A DNA stretch of 64,000 bases. Source: Eutreptiella sp. 'Long Island Sound 2002'. Lineage: Eukaryota; Protista; Euglenida. The notes beneath the pieces were generated by a model. The model was not told the origin of the DNA, did no database searches, and saw only the letters and a list, made by a program, of their open reading frames with translations. The stretch is taken from contig OZ038378.1 of NCBI GenBank assembly GCA_964036045.1, forward strand, positions 178,870,001-178,934,000, written 5' to 3'. This document shows, piece by piece, positions 11,601 to 22,494 of the stretch; position 1 is the stretch's first letter; each line of letters starts with the position of its first letter. Both the position numbers and the translations under genes were made by a program.

Positions 11601-13352
11601 GTAGTACAGCTACCTATACTGTATTACCTAAGTTGGGGGCACGAGGGGAAGGAAGGGATTCGAACCCGCAACTGCCACTCAGCAGCTCATGGGGTTGACC
11701 GCTCGACCACTCGGCCGGCGGTGTAATGGGGCGGGTTGTGGGGGGGGGGGGGGGGGAGCGCAGCCGTGGGATCGCCCACCGGCGCTGCAGGGGAAGAGAG
11801 GGGGAAGGAGTGCAGCCGTGGGATCGCCCACAGGCGCTGCTTGGGAAGAAGGGGGGGTGGATTGCAGCCGTGGGATCGCCCACAGGCGCCGCAGGAGAGG
11901 GGGGAAGGTGGAGCGCAGCCGTGGGATCGCCCATTGGCGCTCCCGGGGGAGGGTGGAGGGTAGGAGGGCAGCCGTGGGACGGCCCACTGGCGCTGCCAAG
12001 GAAGGGAGGTGTGTGAGGGGCAGGGGCAGGGGGGCAGGGGGCAGGGGGGAGGACCACCTGTGCGGGGCACCTTTAGGGTTCCCGCTCCCTTTGACACATG
12101 AAGTGACGCACCTGCAGACGTGCAGCAGACGGTGGGAGGGGAGGGGACACGGGGATACAGTACTGGCTATGCAATACACACCATTGTGCAGGTAGACAGG
12201 TAGGTAATACTAGCAGGCAAATAATAAAAAGTCAGTAGTCCCTTGGTTCAGGGGGGTGAGTGAGGGCCCCGCCAGATCGCTGGCTGCCCAGCCTAGGGTG
12301 AGTGAGGGCTCCGCCAGACCGCTAGCTGCCGAGCCTGGGGGAGAGTGCGGGCTTCGCCAGATCGCTGGCTGTCGAGCATGAGAGAGCGGGAGACCTCTGG
12401 CTGCAGCGCCTGTAAGGGTGCATCGCGCAGAGTGGGGGGGGGGGGGGAGGGCGGCCACAGCGGCCGTGGCTTGTGTTTGTACACCCCTTCCACCCAGGAT
12501 CGCCTGAGCTTGCCACGCCATCTCAGAGGCGACAGGGCACTGCCGAGCGGGACAAGCTTCCGCAGACAGACACTGGCTCCTGGGGGGCTGGTGCTTTCTG
12601 AGTGGGCTCTGCTTTGGCACAGACTGCAAAGCCCCCCCCCCCCCCACCAAAACACACTATAACCAAATAAAACATGTTTCGCCATCTACTGTGGATGACC
12701 AATTGGGAGGGTACCTCCCCAAACCCTGAACAGTGTGCACTGGGCTGCAGCTGAAGGAGGAGGGGGTTTCTGATGTGGAACATGTAGGATGTGAACCCCC
12801 AGCATCATATTAACAGTTGAGCCATCCTTCAGCCGTCTGTCGTGGTCGCCAGGGCATCACGTCGAGAAGTGTGTGAGTGTGGCTGTGGGGGGTGGGGGTC
12901 CGTGAGTGACATGGGAAAAAGGAGGTCGTCGACTGAAGTCCCAGAAGTAGAGGACAGAAGGGCACCAACAGGCGGCTCCTGACACCGTTACCCCTGTCCA
13001 TACTAGACGTCCAATAGGCTTGTGACGGAGTGCCTTCTTTGCTTTGTACAGCTTGCCCCAGGCCTTGCACCTTTGCCTTTTTCAGGGTGAGTTCGGCCAA
13101 AGAGGCAGCAGACACAAACGGGCCTCCTCTTATGCCTTTGTGGACGACCCTCTTTTCTCTACCCCTCGCCAAACCCAACGTCGTATTGGCAATGGGGCCT
13201 CTTTTGGTTCTGCCTGGTACTCGCTGGGGCATCACCTCGCGGTGCGTGCGGGTGGGTCCTTGCGGCTGCCCCTTTCGTTGCCGCGCCGGCCAAGCGTGCC
13301 TCAGTAAGCGTCTTTCAGACCAACAAAGACACGGAACGCCTGAGGCAGACAT
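8634..13352 (-). CDS. Tentative 5' exons of the SAM-domain gene (13352-12992, 12623-12574, 12409-12320, 8705-8634)
   Basis: Phase-compatible chain: ATG at 13352 ...G|gtaacg; tttgcag|TC...CCA|gtgtct; cttacag|ALQPEVSRSLMLDSQRSGEARTLPQARQLA|gtctgg; ccccag|YKAQREHARDTAALNARATILEEE|gcgtgt (a GC donor is required). No recognisable domain. Confidence 0.35.
9490..9560 (-). ncRNA. tRNA-like Pol III promoter segment in each array unit (also ~10698-10768 and ~11650-11720); not a foldable tRNA
   Basis: A-box TGGTCGAGCGG (9549-9539) and B-box GGTTCGAATCC (9506-9496) with tRNA-like spacing; acceptor and anticodon stems are not paired. Confidence 0.65.
9816..10104 (-). mobile_element. tRNA-derived SINE, 289 bp, with 15-bp TSD
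   Basis: 5' tRNA-like head (A-box TAGTTCAGCGG, B-box GGTTCGAATCC, 10099-10029), internal ~88-bp duplication with a second B-box, 3' tail ...CTTACCTTTACCTTTA. Flanked by gtgtgaggggcaggg at 9801-9815 and 10105-10119. Equivalent sites in the other array units are empty. Confidence 0.88.
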
Positions 13353-13504
13353 GCCACTAGTGTCCGGCAGGGAACTGAGTTTCGCTGAGAAAGCAGCCCT
13401 GGACCATGTGCTGCTCAGTGATGCCTACTGCTGCAGCGACCGTGGCAAGCTGCGTCCCGCGTCCACTCCGTCGTACCCCGCTCCTCCTGATCACGCATGA
13501 CCTT

Positions 13505-13814
13505 GAGGGTGTTGTTGCACAGCGCGCGCACCGCGTCAGCACCGTGGCGACTATTAATCGTCAAATACAGATGAACCATCCTAAGATGCACCCACCCAAA
13601 TAGCCCATAGCACCCCAGAATAGCTGAGTTGCAAGCACAAGACCTGTCTTCCTTGGGTTTTTTGATGGTTGCCAGTGAATCCCAGAGGCTTCTGGGTAGT
13701 TTTTGTTCTCGTTGATGGTTTGATGGCCTCTTGATGGTTACAATTATCACCGGGAGGGTCCCCAGATATCCCCGAATTTTGCACCTCGCGCGGACCGTGG
13801 CAAAAGCGCCCTCC
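13505..13814. repeat. ~310-350-bp interspersed element, copy 1 (others at 17143-17430 and 29734-30088)
   Basis: Three clearly homologous copies in the same orientation, each with short direct terminal repeats TTGCAC.GCGCGCGCACCG. Confidence 0.9.
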
Positions 13815-13861
13815 TTGTGGACGCCAGGCAAGTCTGGTCTCGAATGGCCCTCAAGCCCCCC

Positions 13862-14300
13862 TTAGCCCAGGAAAAACGGATTGCTTCGCACCCTCTCCCA
13901 CTCCCTCTGTCGCTTTCGGGCCCGCTGCTGCTGGCGGAGGTACACCGCGAAGTACTGCCGGTCCGTCAGGGGCTCGGGGTCGTACAGGTCCTCGGGGCCT
14001 TGCGGGATGTCCCGCCAGCGGCCCCTGGACCCCCCAGGGCGGTGCTTCTTCAGCACCTTCCGCGGTGCCGTCGCGGCCGCCTCCTCCCGCAGCTGCTCCA
14101 ACGTCTCCTTGATCCCCGGGCTCATCTGCGATAACCGCACCTCCACCGCTTTCTTGGCCAAGCGCCGTGCCATAGGCCCGGAGCCCTTCAACTTGGGGTA
14201 CTGGGCGGGGCCTGTGCCTTGCGGCAGCTGCGACACATCCAGGGCCTCCTCAAAGTAATGCTCCGTCTGCCCCTTGCGCACGCGCGTTTTCCTGAAAAAC
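13862..14300 (-). CDS. engB: EngB/YihA-family GTPase, exon 6 (terminal)
   Basis: GC3-rich open frame FFRKTRVRKGQTEHYFEE...NPFFLG, stop TAA at 13864-13862. The start is inferred from the non-conventional intron geometry. Confidence 0.75.
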
Positions 14301-15497
14301 GACCGCAGATACACGGGACGAATGGATTAAGAGCTTGCGGTGGTGTATTTGGTTGCGTGTTCTCTTCCAGTGTTGCTCCCTTTCTCTTCCAGTGTTGCTC
14401 CCTTAGCCATCACCTGCGCGTGCCTCGGCAGACCTGTACTCGCTTGGAGGGTCTGTGGACCCTGCGCCCCGACAACGCATCGGGGGTCGGACTTTGTCGA
14501 GGGATGTGTGTAGGTCTTCAGATGGTGACGGGGGGACTTACTCTACTGCATGGGGGATTTTTGTGTGGTTCTAGCTTCCTTGTCATAGATGAGTCCTCTG
14601 CGACTGATTCTGCCTCTGCCTCTCTGTTCTGCGATCGGCAATGGTCGAAGAAGTCCGTGTTGGATGAGGATGGGGAGGTCCAACAGTATGACATCCAGTC
14701 AGATAGGGAAGACCTAGCTAAAAGGCCTGAACAGCAGGACCCGACTCCACTTTTGAGAGGGCTTTGAATCTGCAGGGTAAATTCTTGAAGGTGAACTACA
14801 AATTTGACCCAGCTCTGTCTCCTCAGTCCAGTGCATTGACTTACTGGTTTGTACTTCCGCACCGTCTGCTATTCATTGGGGATATGCTATTTGGGCATTG
14901 TATATTTTTTTTGGGGGGGGGGTTAGTGCTCTGGAACCCAGACTCGCCGAGCCCCACCCAATCACATATCCCTGGGCAAAGTCCGTCTCAGCCCTGTACC
15001 CGGTCACAGCTGCCTGGCACAGCATCAGAGGCCCCTGGGTGAAGCACTGCCGAAATTCTCAACACGCACCTTCCCCACCAGCTCAGTCCCAATGCTCATT
15101 CTTGCCCCCCCCCCCCCCCCCTCCCCCAAAAAGGTACCTTCCCGTTGTGAACCAAGTTAGAACACCCCCATGACCTTTTCCCGGATGAAATAGTTTGGGG
15201 CGGCTGCAAAAGTACTCTTGTCCCAAACGCACAACATGAGGAGCACATTCCTGTCCTCCAGCAGCAGTGCAGACAAAGCCTGCACCAAGCGCACGGCGTT
15301 GACTACGAGCAGCCGTCAACTGCCTTCAGCCACTCCATAACCGTCGTCAACGGCCGCCAGTGAAGTGCCAACCGCCGACGGGGGCCTGGGGCCGCAGATG
15401 TTCCCCGAAAGGAGCAACACAAGCAGAACAGTGTCCCTTCAGTCCAACACAAGGGCGGGTTGTAAGCTGCCACCACGAAAAACAGACATGCCTGCTC

Positions 15498-15799
15498 ACT
15501 GTGTGCCCGGCCTCCGGAACCGCCGTAAAGGACTCGGGAGTGGCCTTCTGGCGTGGGCCTGTGGTAGGGGGCGGCAAAAGCAGGTGCATGCGCCCGGCCT
15601 TGATGCGCGACAGAATGCGCAGCCGCCGCTGGACCTGCGCCCGAACCCGCGTTTTGCCGTGCTCCTTCTTGTACTCATCGATCAGGGCCCGGAAGATCTT
15701 GAGGGACGGCTTTTGCTCCTCCTCTGCCTTACGGACGGCCTTCTTGGCCTTCATCTTCCGTCGTAGCCGCTTCATCAACGACTTCCGCTCCTTTGGCAA
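15498..15799 (-). CDS. engB: EngB/YihA-family GTPase, exon 5 (K/R-rich)
   Basis: LPKERKSLMKRLRRKMKAKK...AGHT(V). Boundaries fit non-conventional introns on both sides; an alternative AG start exists at 15790. Confidence 0.75.
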
Positions 15800-16699
15800 T
15801 CATGCAGATGAGAGTCAGGCTCTGCCCCCCTGCAGCCACCTGCAGCCCTCTACAACCCTCAACACCCCCAACAAGCCCAAACAACTCCCTACAGCCCACT
15901 ACAAATGTGGGGATACCACATTGGAAATGGGACTCAAGGGGAATGAAGTCAAAAAGCTGAAAATTGCGACGTGGAGGACCAGAAACCTGCCGCCCGACCA
16001 CGGACAGGGCGCACCCTCCACAACCCTCTACAACCCGCTACAAGCCCCTACAACCCCTAAACAATCGCGCAGGGCTACAGAGCCTCTGAGGGGACTGTGT
16101 TGGGGTATTCAGAGTGTTGTGGACGGGTATGACACACTACCACCCTCCGAAGATAGTAGAAACCCGTTACATGCCCCAGCACCCCCCCCCCCAACCGCCC
16201 CGATTGAAAAGCTCTTTATGGCAGTGCGCCTGCAGACGCTAGCACACAAAACAGAGCAGGGCTTTGTCAGTGGCTGTTAAAAAACCACAGGCACCTTTCT
16301 GTCAAAGAGGATGACGAAGGGTCAGAGCCCGGAACAGTGCAAAGGTGTGTGACAGCCTGGCGGTGGCCCGGCGGGGGAGTTCAGTTGAGTTCTGGATCCC
16401 AGCCCCTGCTGGAGGAAGGCACAATTCTTTTTTCGGGGTTTTTTAGGACATGTTTGGGTTCCTCGTTTCATTCTGGGCAGTTTGCATGGACACGACAGGG
16501 GTAAAATACCATTTACCGTCCACCATGAACGAAAAAAACAAGTAAGGCATTGCAGCAGATGCACCCATTAATTAGTGAAGGCACCTAGCCAGCAGTGTAA
16601 GACACAGGGCAATTGAAGATGATGTTCTGATGTTTGTAGGCCATTGTTCAAGGCAGAGTGCAGAGTTCATTCACCATGTATAGAAATAATAGACCAAGG

Positions 16700-17100
16700 A
16701 CGAGTATCGACCGTCTCAAGGCAATTGACGGTCGTCGGCAGCAGTTCCGTCAAGGTGGCTGGCAGTTTTTGTGTGTGCCTCTTCCACCTGCGAAGGGCGC
16801 AGGGGGTGGGGAACGTCGATGGGCTGCTTCCGATGTTGTTTGGTTGATCCACAGAGACAGCAAAGCTATGGACTGCGTTGGCGACGCCAATAGTGTACGC
16901 CTCCACCATCTCCCCCATCAGCAGTCCGAAAACATGAAGGACTTTTACACACAAGAATCTGGTGCCATATGGTCCTGAACCAATGCCATCCATATGGGGG
17001 GTGGCGTCCGGCGCCCAGGGTGCTGACCTCCACAGTGTCTGGGGTGTTAAAACGTCCCAGACACGCCAACATCATGTGTCGTATTACACGGCACCGTTAA
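16700..17100 (+). mobile_element. Degenerate non-LTR retrotransposon AP-endonuclease-like fragment
   Basis: FLCVPLPP...MDCVGDAN resembles the EEP-domain motifs vYlPP and vGDfN; frameshifted downstream. Confidence 0.4.
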
Positions 17101-17142
17101 GGATGCTTGTATACTTGCACGGCCCACCACTGGCGACCGTCA

Positions 17143-17430
17143 GAGGGTGTCATTGCACCGCGCGCGCACCGCGTCTGCACTGTGGCAACTGTTAGTGGTC
17201 AAACATCTCAAGATGCACTCACCCAAACAGCCCATAGAGCTCTAGAAATGCTTAATTGCAAGCACAAGACCTCTTCCAAGGGTGCTTTTTGTGGTTGCCA
17301 ATAAGTCCCAGAGGCTTCTGGGTAGTTTTGATTCTTTCCTGGAGGCCTCTTGACGGTTGCAATTATCTCCGGGAGGGTCCCCAGATATACCCAAAGTTTG
17401 CACTGCGCGCGCACCGTGGCAAGAGCGCCC
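17143..17430. repeat. ~310-350-bp interspersed element, copy 2
   Basis: Homologous to 13505-13814 (gatgcactcacccaaacagcccatag...gggagggtccccagatat). Confidence 0.9.
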
Positions 17431-17545
17431 GCTAAACCACCGAAGGTGAACGATCAACCGCCGGCGGTTGTCCAGGAAATTGGCTCCGTAAAAAAACGCC
17501 CCTTCACGAAATTCCTGGACCACATGACATGCCCAGCACCTGCAT

Positions 17546-18038
17546 GAACTTGACCAGCAACTCGTCTTCGAGCTCAGGGCTCATCTCAATACCGGGCCCC
17601 TCGGCATCGTGCTCGTCGCTGGCCCTGGAGAACGGGTACAAGTCGTCAAGAGCCTCGGCCACTTTGGGGTCTACGCCATCGACACGCGTCGGGGTCGGGC
17701 CGGCGGCGGCCTCAGGGGACACTTCCGCCGTCGCGCTCTTGCCCGTTGGCGTTTCTTGCCCACGGTCACTAGCACTGGCGTTGTTATCGGGGCCCTGCGC
17801 AGCCTCGCCCTTGGGCAGCGGTTTGGGGCGTTTCAGCGCCGGGGAGTCGGCCGGCACAAAGTTTACGAGAATGTTCCGCAGTTTCGGGAGGCCGCTCTCC
17901 AGTTTTCCGCTCACGAGGATGGGGTCCGTGGCCGCCTTGCCGTTGGCGGCGGCCTGCAGGCCCGGCTCCTCGCGCAGGAGGTAAATGATCCGCGCCAAGT
18001 GCCTCTCGTCCACCAGGTCCGTCTTGGTCAAGACAATG
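17546..18038 (-). CDS. engB: EngB/YihA-family GTPase, exon 4 (G4/G5 motifs plus acidic linker)
   Basis: catgcag|C ATT GTC TTG ACC AAG gives FSIVLTKTD (G4). An alternative GT donor would end the exon at 17540. Confidence 0.9.
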
Positions 18039-20814
18039 CTGCATGACAGAGGGGCGGAGGGGGTGATGTCAGGTGTTGAAGAAACCAGCATGACCCTGAC
18101 CACGTGCCAGACTCATTCAGTTCAACACTTGTCAATGGTACCGCAATCACAAAGTGTTTTGCCTTGCCGCTCTCGCAGCGCAAACCTTACAAAACTGGGC
18201 GGCGCAATCATCATTCAAACTGCAACATTTCTTGTGTTCGAAGGGATATGCTATGGACAATCTAGATGAACCACAAGGTATCCATCTGTCATTAAAACTG
18301 CATCCATATCTACAATCAAACTCCAGAGTTCGAGCGTGTCTGATTGATGACTTTTTGTTCGGCAAGTTCTGCCTGCATGCAACATACCGTGTGTCCTACC
18401 ATCCACTGCTACTGTAATCAAGCACTCCTTCGGCTCTCAGTCGCTGTGGTAGTCCTATGTTGTAGTACTTTGCGTGTCAGTGTGTTCGATTGCTGTTGCT
18501 GTGTCGTGGTGCCAGTGAGATCTTGCTATACCTGGTAGTACAAGGTTGTAATGTGGTGGCTGATATATAGGCTAATGTTTGCGTTTCTTTCTGGGAACGG
18601 ACACTTCTGTGCTCGCGGAAGAATCCGAATCGCTGCCCATAGAAGTAGGCAAAACTGGGCGGATGGGGGGGGGGGGGGGCAACGAAAAACTGTCCCGGTG
18701 CGCCCCCCTTCCCCCGGAAATGCCACACGGTGCGGAGCCAACTGACAGCGCCACGCCATTTCATAACGGTAATTGGCCAGTCGACACCACCGCGCACCGC
18801 CACCTCAGAACACGTGGCATTCAACCGACGGCAGTTGGTGGCAGCTGGTGCTTAGTGAACAGATATGGGCCGTTGAGTGCTGGCAGTTGGCTGTTGGCCG
18901 CCGGTCAGGCCACGGCTTACCGTTCCCTTAGGGGGGGGGGGGGGGTGGCAGCCTGGGCTCCTCCGCCTCACCCCACCCCCCCCACCCACATCACTCCTGA
19001 GGAAAAGAAGGAAACTTATCAAAGGGGCCTGAAATTGGAGGTCAATTTTAGGTACACTTTTTTTTTAAGCCTCTGACCCCGCCTCTGGTACGGGTAACAT
19101 TCGCCATTTGGCCGTGGCCTGCCACCAGGTCAGAGGCGAGTGCGTCGGGCGCGGCGGGGTCGACCCTGGGGCGCGCATCAGGCGGCATCCTGAAGGACCG
19201 TCCTTCATGACAAAAAAGACGACAGCCGAGAGCCCTGGGGCTGAGGGAGGGGCTGGGGCGATACATGGAGCCAGCACCCGCCGGGGCAGGTGTCGAGAGG
19301 TGGCACGAAAGCGAAGCAGTGTTGAGGCAGCCGGTGGCAGGCGCCATGAATTGTCTGGGCAGATGTCGGGGGGGGGGGGTTGACGCAGGCACACCCGAGC
19401 ACACCTGCACACCCTCGGGCACACACACGTACACACACACACACACACACACACACAACCCCCCGCCCTGCCGGGCACACGACCATGTGCGCAGGTGCCG
19501 TGTGCCACAGCGTGCGTACAAGAGGAATGCACACCAAATGATTGGGCATGCGCTGGCAGGTTCCGCAGCTTCTTTGGGAAATTGTGAGCTCTGTGCATGG
19601 GCTGGGGGCAAATGGAGGGTGGAGAGTCAGAGGGGCAGTGGAGGGCTGGAGGGGAGCCCCCTGCAGCCCACAAGTCCAATTCACTATCCGAGGCAGCCTA
19701 TGTGATGGAGTGTCTGCTCACTGCCTGACCTTGTATTGGGTGGCTCGGGGTATCAATGACCACCAAACCCACAAACCAGCCACCACCATGTGACCAGAGG
19801 CCTATGTGTCTGGCTGCCAACCTTTTGGCCATGGCATCAAGTACACAGGCTACTTCACAGAGCACAGCAAAAAGCTGCTGGAACAAGCACTGCACTGCGG
19901 CAGCACAACACTGCACGGGGCATGCGTCCTGAGAATCGTTCATGCTTCCAGGGCCATGTGCAGTGATGTCACTGACTTTCCGCATCGAATTACTTAAATT
20001 TCGGGCAATTAAGGTCCAAGAACCCTGCTTTCGGGGCCCGAAAATCACACTTTTCAACAAAAGTACCCAATGCTTTGTACAATTGAAGAAAGACAGAGAC
20101 ATTCCAGCACTAATTTAGTGAGTAATTGTGCTGTTCGCTTTGCTTTTGTGTCACATTCGTGCACTGCATACTGGACACTTCAAACCTCTGATGCTTATGG
20201 GACTCAGATATTTTCCCCATGCACATTTCACCACCCCATGTTTCTGTTTTGTACTTTGCCCACCCATTTTTCCTCGTGTTTCCACATGCAGAGCACACAA
20301 ATTGCACATTCTCACCTATTTCATCCCCCTAGGTTTTGCCTTCCCCCCACACCGGACCTCACTGCATAGCTCATCCCCTTGTGCTCGTTCTTGTTCCTCT
20401 ACTTGCTTCACACCTTCAGGCTTCACTTTGCAATATTGCCCATACGTGACCTGATGCCTCTCTGGCGGAGGGAGAGGGGAGGGGGGTGGGGGGTAGCGCC
20501 CCCACCCCCCGCCCCAACCTACCCTCCTCCGCTCCACCCCACTCTCCTACCCACACCCTTCCCTTCCCTTCCCTTCCCTCCATTCCACCCTCCACCCCAT
20601 CTCCACTGCATCCACGTACCCTAAAGTACCCTCCCCTCACTTGTCCAAGCAGCAGTAAAATGGTCAGAAATTAACAGAACCAGCGCCTGGTGTTGCTTGG
20701 ACAAGGGCATTGCGTGCGTGCCGCACTGTGCATGGTCCACATTTCATGGATGGTGCACCCTTCTGAAGCCAAGGGGGGGGGGGGGGGGAGGCTGCAAATG
20801 TGTGAAAAATGTAA

Positions 20815-20995
20815 GTTGTGTACAAAAAAATCGTCTAGTCGTGTAATTTTTTTTGGCGGTAAATGCGTGTAACTTTTTTTTGCGGTAAGTCGTGTGAATT
20901 ATTAAAAAAAATGAATTTTTTTTTGCGGTAAGGGCGTGTATTGTTTTTTTTTGTGGTAAGTCGTGTGAATTGTTAAAAAAAAATTGAAAAATTGA
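20815..20995. repeat. Array of ~22-28-bp GCGGTAAGTCGTGTAA(T)n units
   Basis: Repeated ttttgcggtaagtcgtgt units; same family as 22905-23190. Confidence 0.85.
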
Positions 20996-21129
20996 AAGAA
21001 ATGCAACCTTTGCAATACATGCGCAATATGTACAGCTGCCGGTTCCGTACGGCACCCCATAGCGACCTTAACGATGGGACGCCGAGTCCACAAAGCACAT
21101 AGTACTCTGCGTGGCCACCAATTAGTTGG

Positions 21130-21475
21130 GACTCGGCCAATATAACATAGTTTCACATGCTGTCATTGGCACTAGACTCAAAATCAGGCCCAAGAAAAGA
21201 GTCCTGATGGGGCCATGGCTAACGCTAGTGCCACCATTATAGGCCACCAAGGCACTGGTGTGGGGCCAATATAACATAGTTTCACAGTATGTCATGGGCA
21301 CGAGACACAAAATCAGGCTCAAGAAAAGAGTCCTGATAGGGCCATGGCCAACATCCAGTGTACCTGCACTGGGAACAAAATCAGGCTCAAGAAAAAGAGT
21401 CCTGACAGGGCCATGGCCAACGCTAGTGCCACCATTATAGGCCACCAAGGCACTGGTATGGGGCCAATATAATAG
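21130..21475. repeat. ~129-bp tandem repeat with a partial internal duplication
   Basis: ggccaatataa(c/t)a recurs at ~21136, ~21265 and ~21464; aaaatcaggc(c/t)caagaaaag occurs three times. Confidence 0.85.
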
Positions 21476-21959
21476 CAATCTTATACGCTCCGCCGCTGGT
21501 ACACCAAACGGGCGGAGGAAAATACAGCCCACAAAACATGCACCCGCTACAAGTAGTTGCAAAATGCACGCCTGTAGATCAAGTCCGTTTTTGTGTCGCT
21601 GAACTTGGGCTTTGCACCAGGATTGGGGTTAAACTGACAAGCGGCGCGCAACTCTGCTACTAGCTGCTTGGACACGTCATTGATGAAAAGCTGGTCACGC
21701 TCCAGCTGGCCAGATGCATCTGCTGGGTAGCCATCCGGCACCTTGCGCCACTCTCCATGGATGAGGACCTTGGGACGGGTGTCCTCCTCTGTGGGAGTGG
21801 CCATGGAAGGTTGTGGCCTGGCCTCTGGGTTTTCCACGCTCTGCTTGGCGGAGGCCTCCTTGCCTTCGAGTGGGGTGGGGGTGGCCTGAACACTCTCCTC
21901 GATAGCCGAAAGTGCACCTTCAACTTGGGTGCGGGGGGGGAGGGGGGAGGGGGGCTCAG

Positions 21960-22494
21960 GAGGGCTAGGAAGCCCGGTCCCGCCCTCCACACATCACCGG
22001 GCGCTTGAACGACCCGCACAGCACGATCAGCATTAACAATGTTGAGCACATCGTCCACAAAACTAGCACCCATTGGGACGAGGGGCATATCGGAAAAAGT
22101 ACCCCGGTGCTCCACCACCAGCTTCGCGATGTTCAAGCTTTGAAAACCACAAGACCAACCGTCCGTTTGGAATCCCAAGGCGCGGTGCTTGGTGGTTAGC
22201 GAAAGCTTCTTCAAGGCCAACAAGAAAGGACGGATCAAATGAGTGGATCTTAGGGGTTCCCAAACCCAAATAGTGAAAAGCTCCAACCCGACACGACAAT
22301 CGAAGGCACACACAAACCAGTGCAACCCTTCCTTGTCATCGGAATTAACCACAAAAATGTGGCGGCGGCACCACCTCATGTTGGCCAGTCTTGTGCCGGA
22401 TTCAACTCTCTCCATGTACCTGGACAGTCTCTTGATATATAGAAGCGCTAGAGTCCACGCACGTGGTTCATCAATTTCATTGTGGCAGACCCAG
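21960..22494 (-). mobile_element. Ulp1/SENP-like (peptidase C48) cysteine protease domain, probably transposon-borne, within EngB intron 3
   Basis: WVCHNEID...GLHWFVCAFD...VWEPL...FQTDGWSCG: His (HW), an acidic residue and the Q..G.SCG nucleophile motif, in C48 order, in one open frame. Confidence 0.75.

Larger units (their letters stand above)
8706..12370. repeat. Higher-order tandem array: a 262-bp module x3, then a ~952-bp higher-order unit x~2.4
   Basis: Near-identical translated blocks recur at offsets of 262 (8930/9192) and 952 (10342/11294). Contains a nested ~51-53-bp minisatellite (gcagccgtgggatcgccca) with 4, 5 and 5 copies in successive units. Confidence 0.95.

Noticed and set aside
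8595-12195. Many 100-190-aa Pro/Gly-rich ORFs across the array
   Set aside because: They are by-products of GC-rich repeats: unit lengths of 51-53 bp switch frame, and ORFs are open on both strands.
14560-15340. Coding-looking fragments in EngB intron 5 (KSVLDEDGEVQQYDIQ on plus; VNAVRLVQALSALLLEDRN on minus)
   Set aside because: No family recognisable, and they do not chain into the gene model; probably transposon debris.
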